Shown one piece after another: positions 60,327 through 64,000 of a stretch of DNA of 64,000 nucleotides. Source of the DNA: Candidatus Mcinerneyibacteriota bacterium. Its GTDB lineage: Bacteria > Macinerneyibacteriota > Macinerneyibacteria > Macinerneyibacteriales > DSCS01. The stretch is taken from contig JAFGWL010000056.1 of assembly GCA_016937175.1 (NCBI GenBank), positions 100,437 through 164,436 on the forward strand, given 5' to 3'. A program made the translations under genes and the position numbers. The notes beneath the pieces were generated by a model, which saw only the letters and a program-made list of their open reading frames with translations, ran no database searches and had not been told where the DNA came from. How positions within the stretch are numbered: position 1 is the first letter of the stretch; each line of letters starts with the position of its first letter.

Positions 60327-60866
60327 CTACAAGTAGTCTTTTAAATGTTTTTGCAGGAGAGATACCGCTTCTCCGGCCGTGTCAAAGCCGAAAATACGGT
60401 CTTCCTCCAGCCCCGGGAAACGCTCCCGGCCATCCAGAGGTTTATCAGCCAAACGGGCACCCCATCCAGAGCCTTCCCCCCTCCAGGCCAGAAGAAGGCG
60501 TCTCATCTGCCAGGCGAGCGCTGCTTCCGATAAGGTCCCCGCACCACCCCCGATGATGATGACAGCGTCTGAGGCGGCTACGATCATATTCCGTGCAATC
60601 CCCAGCCCCGTGGGCAGGATAAGGTCCAGATAGGGGTTTCCCTCCTTTTTCTCACTTCCGGGCAGAATCCCCACCACATCCCCCTCCTGATGGCGGGAAG
60701 CACTTTGCGCTCCCCGTGAAGCAGCTTCCATGACTCCCTTCAGGCCCCCTGTGACCAGCCGGTATCCTGATTCGATCAGAGTAAACCCGATCTTTTCGGC
60801 TATCTCATAATCGGGACTCCCCTGAAAGGCATCACCCTTTCCGATGACAGCTACACTTCTTTTCAT
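60327..60866 (-). CDS. TIGR00725/LOG-like (SLOG) Rossmann-fold protein
   Basis: VAVIGKG...LVTGGLKGVMEAASRGA...PTGLGIARNMIVAASDAVIIIGGGAGTLSE. ATG 60866 lies 5 nt after AAGGAG. Confidence 0.8.
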   Translation of the reverse strand: MKRSVAVIGKGDAFQGSPDYEIAEKIGFTLIESGYRLVTGGLKGVMEAASRGAQSASRHQEGDVVGILPGSEKKEGNPYLDLILPTGLGIARNMIVAASDAVIIIGGGAGTLSEAALAWQMRRLLLAWRGEGSGWGARLADKPLDGRERFPGLEEDRIFGFDTAGEAVSLLQKHLKDYL

Positions 60867-60921
60867 AACCACTCCTTTCTCACTTTCAGTATATCAAATA
60901 TTTCCCGCCTTTGCATCCCTC

Positions 60922-60950
60922 TTGACAGCGTAGGGAAACTTCTTTAAAAT
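60922..60950 (+). promoter_or_regulatory. Consensus-like sigma-70 promoter TTGACA-N17-TAAAAT of the thiamine operon
   Basis: -35 at 60922-60927 and -10 at 60945-60950, directly upstream of the riboswitch P1 helix. Confidence 0.65.
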
Positions 60951-60955
60951 GACCC

Positions 60956-61048
<93 letters not shown>

Positions 61049-61113
61049 TCTTACGTCCATCGTTCCCGGTCGTCCCCTGCAAATGATCTGTCAGTCAGAA
61101 AGGGGACGGTCCA

Positions 61114-61611
61114 ATGCCTTTAAAAAAAATGCTCTATGCGGCTCTCTTCGTCGCCGCCGGGGTCCTGACAGGGCCCATTGTCTCGATACCTGTGGGAGTA
61201 TCCCGCTGTTTTCCTGTTCAGCACACCATCAATGTCCTTTCTGCGGTGCTTCTCGGGCCGGCTTATGCCCTACTCAATGCCTTTTCCATTTCTCTTCTGA
61301 GGAACCTTCTGGGAACAGGGACTCTTCTGGCTTTTCCCGGGAGTCTCTTCGGGGCGGTTCTGGCCGGGCTCTTTTACCGCCTCTTCAGACGTAATATCGC
61401 TGCAGCAGCAGGAGAAGTCCTGGGGACAGGCTTTCTGGGCGGTCTGGCTGCTTTCCCCACTGCTCTTCTTCTTATGGGAAAGACAACCGGCGCCTTCTTT
61501 TTCATCCCGCCCTTTCTTATCAGCACCGCCGGGGGAAGCCTTCTGGCTCTTTTGCTCCTTCCTCTTCTTCAAAGGGCTCTCCCCTCAAAAGATCCCGGGG
61601 GTAGGTTGTGA
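61114..61611 (+). CDS. thiW: ThiW-type thiazole-moiety transporter (ECF S-component-like)
   Basis: A 165-aa protein with 5-6 TM helices, immediately downstream of a TPP riboswitch and upstream of thiD-thiM-thiE, which is the published thiW context. The N-terminus [22 protein letters not shown]...[10 protein letters not shown] fits the family as remembered. Confidence 0.75.
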   Translation: MPLKKMLYAALFVAAGVLTGPIVSIPVGVSRCFPVQHTINVLSAVLLGPAYALLNAFSISLLRNLLGTGTLLAFPGSLFGAVLAGLFYRLFRRNIAAAAGEVLGTGFLGGLAAFPTALLLMGKTTGAFFFIPPFLISTAGGSLLALLLLPLLQRALPSKDPGGRL

Positions 61612-62426
61612 GAACGGCCCTCACCATCGCCGGAGCCGATTCGGGAGGCGGAGCCGGCATCCAGGCCGATCTGAAGACCTTTTTTTCCTACGGCGTTTAC
61701 GGGATGAGCGTCATCACAGCGATAACTGCCCAAAATACCACAGGAGTCTTCGCCATCTCCGAGGTCGAACCTTCGGTGATCACAGCTCAATGTCAGGCAG
61801 TCTTCGAAGATTTCCCGGTGCACGCTGTAAAAATCGGCATGCTCTCCTCGAAAGAGTCTGTCAAAGCGGTGGGAGATGCCCTGCGCCGTATCAAACCCCC
61901 CTCTCTTGTCCTGGATCCTGTCATGGTCGCCAAAAGCGGAGCTTCTCTCCTGAAAAGAGATGCTGTCTCTCTCATGACAGAGGAGCTTTTTCCCCTGGCC
62001 CTGCTGGTCACACCGAATATCCCCGAAGCAGAATCCCTTACCGGCCTCTCTGTCACGGATAAAGAGAGCATGAAAGAGGCAGCCCGCCGGCTTTCGGATC
62101 TCGGCCCCCGTAATGTCCTGGTCAAGGGAGGACATCTGAACGGAAGCAGCGAATGCACAGATCTTCTTTACGACGGGACAGAATTTCATTTTCTCTCCGC
62201 TCCCCGCTTTTCAACACGCCACACCCACGGAACCGGATGCACCCTCTCTTCGGCTGTGGCTGCAGGCCTGGCTTTGGGGTTTTCCCTCTTTGAGGCCGTG
62301 AAGACCGCCAAACATTATATTACAGAAGCCATCGGACAGGCCCCGGGATTGGGCCGGGGAGCCGGTCCTGTCAATCACTTCGTCTCTCCCTTCGACGTGG
62401 GAGGATCAGACAGAAAGAAAGGATAA
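61608..62426 (+). CDS. thiD: Hydroxymethylpyrimidine/phosphomethylpyrimidine kinase
   Basis: [31 protein letters not shown] and [12 protein letters not shown] motifs. The GTG start overlaps the thiW stop. Confidence 0.93.
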   Translation: MRTALTIAGADSGGGAGIQADLKTFFSYGVYGMSVITAITAQNTTGVFAISEVEPSVITAQCQAVFEDFPVHAVKIGMLSSKESVKAVGDALRRIKPPSLVLDPVMVAKSGASLLKRDAVSLMTEELFPLALLVTPNIPEAESLTGLSVTDKESMKEAARRLSDLGPRNVLVKGGHLNGSSECTDLLYDGTEFHFLSAPRFSTRHTHGTGCTLSSAVAAGLALGFSLFEAVKTAKHYITEAIGQAPGLGRGAGPVNHFVSPFDVGGSDRKKG

Positions 62427-62430
62427 GACT

Positions 62431-63243
62431 GTGAACGCTGAAGAGCTCCTCCGCCGCGCCGCCCTTCTGGTCGATTCTGTTCCCGGAAAACGCCCGCTGA
62501 TCTATCACATCACCAATGATGTGACGATCCACCTTTCGGCTAATGCTACCCTCGCTTTGGGGGGAGCTCCCGTGATGTCCTCCTCTCCCCGGGAGTCGGC
62601 GGATATCACTTCCCTGTCAGATGCCCTGGTCATCAATATCGGGACCCCCGGCGGCAATTCCGTCAAAGCCATGACACGGGCCTGCCGCCGGGCTTCTGCA
62701 GAAGGAATCCCCGCTGTCCTGGATCCGGTAGGAGCAGGGTTTACCGCTTACAGAAACAGGATCGTCCGATCACTTATCTCCACAGGAGCCTTTTCCATTA
62801 TCAAGGGGAATGCTTCGGAAATGGCTTGGCTGGCCGGCCTCGGAGAGGGAGCAAGAGGGGTAGATGCCCGGCCTGAAAAACATCCTCCCCAGGATATCGC
62901 CTCCCGTTGTGCCATAAGTTACAGAACAGTCTGTGTCGTCACCGGCCCGGCTGACTTTATCTCCGACGGAGAATTACTCTTTCGCGTGGAAGGAGGCTCT
63001 CCCCTGGCCGGCTCCATGACCGGATCCGGCTGCCTTGCCGCAACCCTCTGCGGCCTCTACCTGGCTTGCGCCCCGTCCCCGCTGGAAGCAGCGGCCGCGG
63101 CCCTTCTGACTCTGCGGAGAGGAGCTGCCTTGGGGGAAAAGTCTGCTGAAGGGACAGCCTCATTTCAGGCCGGCCTGCTGGATGCTTTTACACGGATAAA
63201 GGGAGAAGAGATCCTCCGTGAGGGAATCCTCCATGAGGCCTGA
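62431..63243 (+). CDS. thiM: Hydroxyethylthiazole kinase
   Basis: HITNDVTIHLSANATLALGGAPVMS, VLDPVGAG and GSGCLAA motifs. Confidence 0.92.
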   Translation: MNAEELLRRAALLVDSVPGKRPLIYHITNDVTIHLSANATLALGGAPVMSSSPRESADITSLSDALVINIGTPGGNSVKAMTRACRRASAEGIPAVLDPVGAGFTAYRNRIVRSLISTGAFSIIKGNASEMAWLAGLGEGARGVDARPEKHPPQDIASRCAISYRTVCVVTGPADFISDGELLFRVEGGSPLAGSMTGSGCLAATLCGLYLACAPSPLEAAAAALLTLRRGAALGEKSAEGTASFQAGLLDAFTRIKGEEILREGILHEA

Positions 63244-63859
63244 ACTTAAGGCCATCCGGCTCTATCTCATCGCCTCGTCGGACCCTTTTTCCGCCGACCC
63301 TCTGGGGCGGGTCATGGAAGCGGTGGAAAACGGTGTGGGAATGGTCCAGCTCCGTGAAAAGAGCCTCTCGTCGCGCCGCTATTACCAACTCGCCCTGGAA
63401 CTGAAAAGGAAGCTTTCAGTAAAAAATATTCCTCTTATCATCAACGACCGGGTAGATATCGCTCTGGCTGTAGACGCCCATGGGGTCCATCTGGGGCCCG
63501 GCGACCTTCCTGTAAGGATAGCCCGCACCCTTTTAGGCCCCGAAAAGATCATCGGTTTTTCGGCATCCAACCTTAAAGACGCCCTTACGGGTTTCCGGGA
63601 AGGGGCCGACTATATCGGAGCAGGGGCCCTCTTTCCCACGGAGACGAAAAAAGATGTCCTCCCTCTCTCTCTGGATGTCTTTGAAGAGATCGCCCGGAGC
63701 ACTCCTCTCCCCGTGGTGGCCATCGGAGGGATCACTCCCGGAAAAGCCTCCCTCCTCTTTTCCAGGGGCGCAGCCGGCCTGGCTGTCTCTTCGGCCATAT
63801 TAAAAGCAAGATCTGTGCCTGCCGCGGTGAAACTTTTTCTCGAACAAATCGAAGATTAA
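63233..63859 (+). CDS. thiE: Thiamine-phosphate synthase
   Basis: RLYLIASSD, GVGMVQLREK, IINDRVDIALA, GVHLG and AIGGIT motifs. ATG 63233 is preferred over GTG 63218. Confidence 0.92.
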   Translation: MRPELKAIRLYLIASSDPFSADPLGRVMEAVENGVGMVQLREKSLSSRRYYQLALELKRKLSVKNIPLIINDRVDIALAVDAHGVHLGPGDLPVRIARTLLGPEKIIGFSASNLKDALTGFREGADYIGAGALFPTETKKDVLPLSLDVFEEIARSTPLPVVAIGGITPGKASLLFSRGAAGLAVSSAILKARSVPAAVKLFLEQIED

Positions 63860-64000
63860 CGGGTAAAAAAGATCCGGGGGGACTCTTTCGTTTCCCCTTT
63901 CAGGTAGAAGAGATAATGACGAAAGGCGTCCGCAAGCCCTGAAAAGGCAGCCTCTTCATCCCACCGTCCCGCTTCCTCCAGATCAAAGATCGGGGCTGTT
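63856..64000 (-). CDS. C-terminal 47 codons of an unidentified convergent gene (runs off the window)
   Basis: An open minus-strand frame, ...TAPIFDLEEAGRWDEEAAFSGLADAFRHYLFYLKGETKESPRIFFTR, ending in TAA at 63858-63856 and overlapping the thiE stop. Too short to assign. Confidence 0.3.
   Translation of the reverse strand, partial: TAPIFDLEEAGRWDEEAAFSGLADAFRHYLFYLKGETKESPRIFFTR

Overview
A 64-kb, almost fully coding chromosomal window from an anaerobic, diderm-type bacterium. The lineage cannot be fixed from sequence alone. A T9SS-type/FlgD-Ig C-terminal domain, DUF4388, many GAF-PP2C sensors, sigma-54 parts and an [FeFe] hydrogenase fit FCB-group or Spirochaete-like lineages. No mobile elements, CRISPR arrays or rRNA were seen. 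Order of contents: (1) dcw cluster on the minus strand, mraZ-rsmH-ftsL-ftsI-murF-mraY-murD-ftsW-murG-murC-ftsQ-ftsA', without murE, murB or ddl, and with a sigma-70 promoter interleaved with GTGGG MraZ boxes. (2) An ABC ATPase / membrane protein / YtrA-type GntR / beta-propeller lipoprotein operon with a palindromic operator. (3) A DUF4388 protein, a PlsC-type acyltransferase, and an operon of a degenerate sensor kinase, a small membrane protein and a divergent FolD-like protein. (4) A partner-switching operon (STAS, RsbW-like kinase, two GAF-PP2C phosphatases) translationally coupled to a ThiS-ThiF fusion. (5) Two CNNM/CorC genes. (6) A tRNA-Gly/Cys/Leu operon. (7) A histidine kinase plus sigma-54 activator pair, rlmB-like and cupin genes. 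(8) A dispersed [FeFe]-hydrogenase region: hydE, cobO-like, a hybrid PAS kinase, an ornithine-type decarboxylase, a secreted HEAT-repeat protein, hydG plus a coupled small ORF, then a six-gene minus-strand operon nuoE-like / Cys-less HndB-like / nuoF-like / nuoE-like / truncated nuoF-like / hydA. (9) A four-gene envelope module: lipoprotein, 1368-aa FG-GAP protein with a T9SS-like CTD, secreted FecR-domain protein, beta-barrel OMP. (10) ddl and trmL, two small lipoproteins, a TIGR00725/LOG-like protein. (11) A TPP riboswitch driving thiW-thiD-thiM-thiE. The hydrogenase system is the most unusual part. HydA reads TSCSPGW where the canonical TSCCPxW supplies a [4Fe-4S]H ligand. HydG reads CX5CX19C instead of CX2CX22C. 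Two thioredoxin-like [2Fe-2S] modules have lost all four Cys. There is a second NuoEF pair, no local hydF, and an unknown ORF coupled to hydG. All family calls rest on motif recognition by eye; no database search was run.
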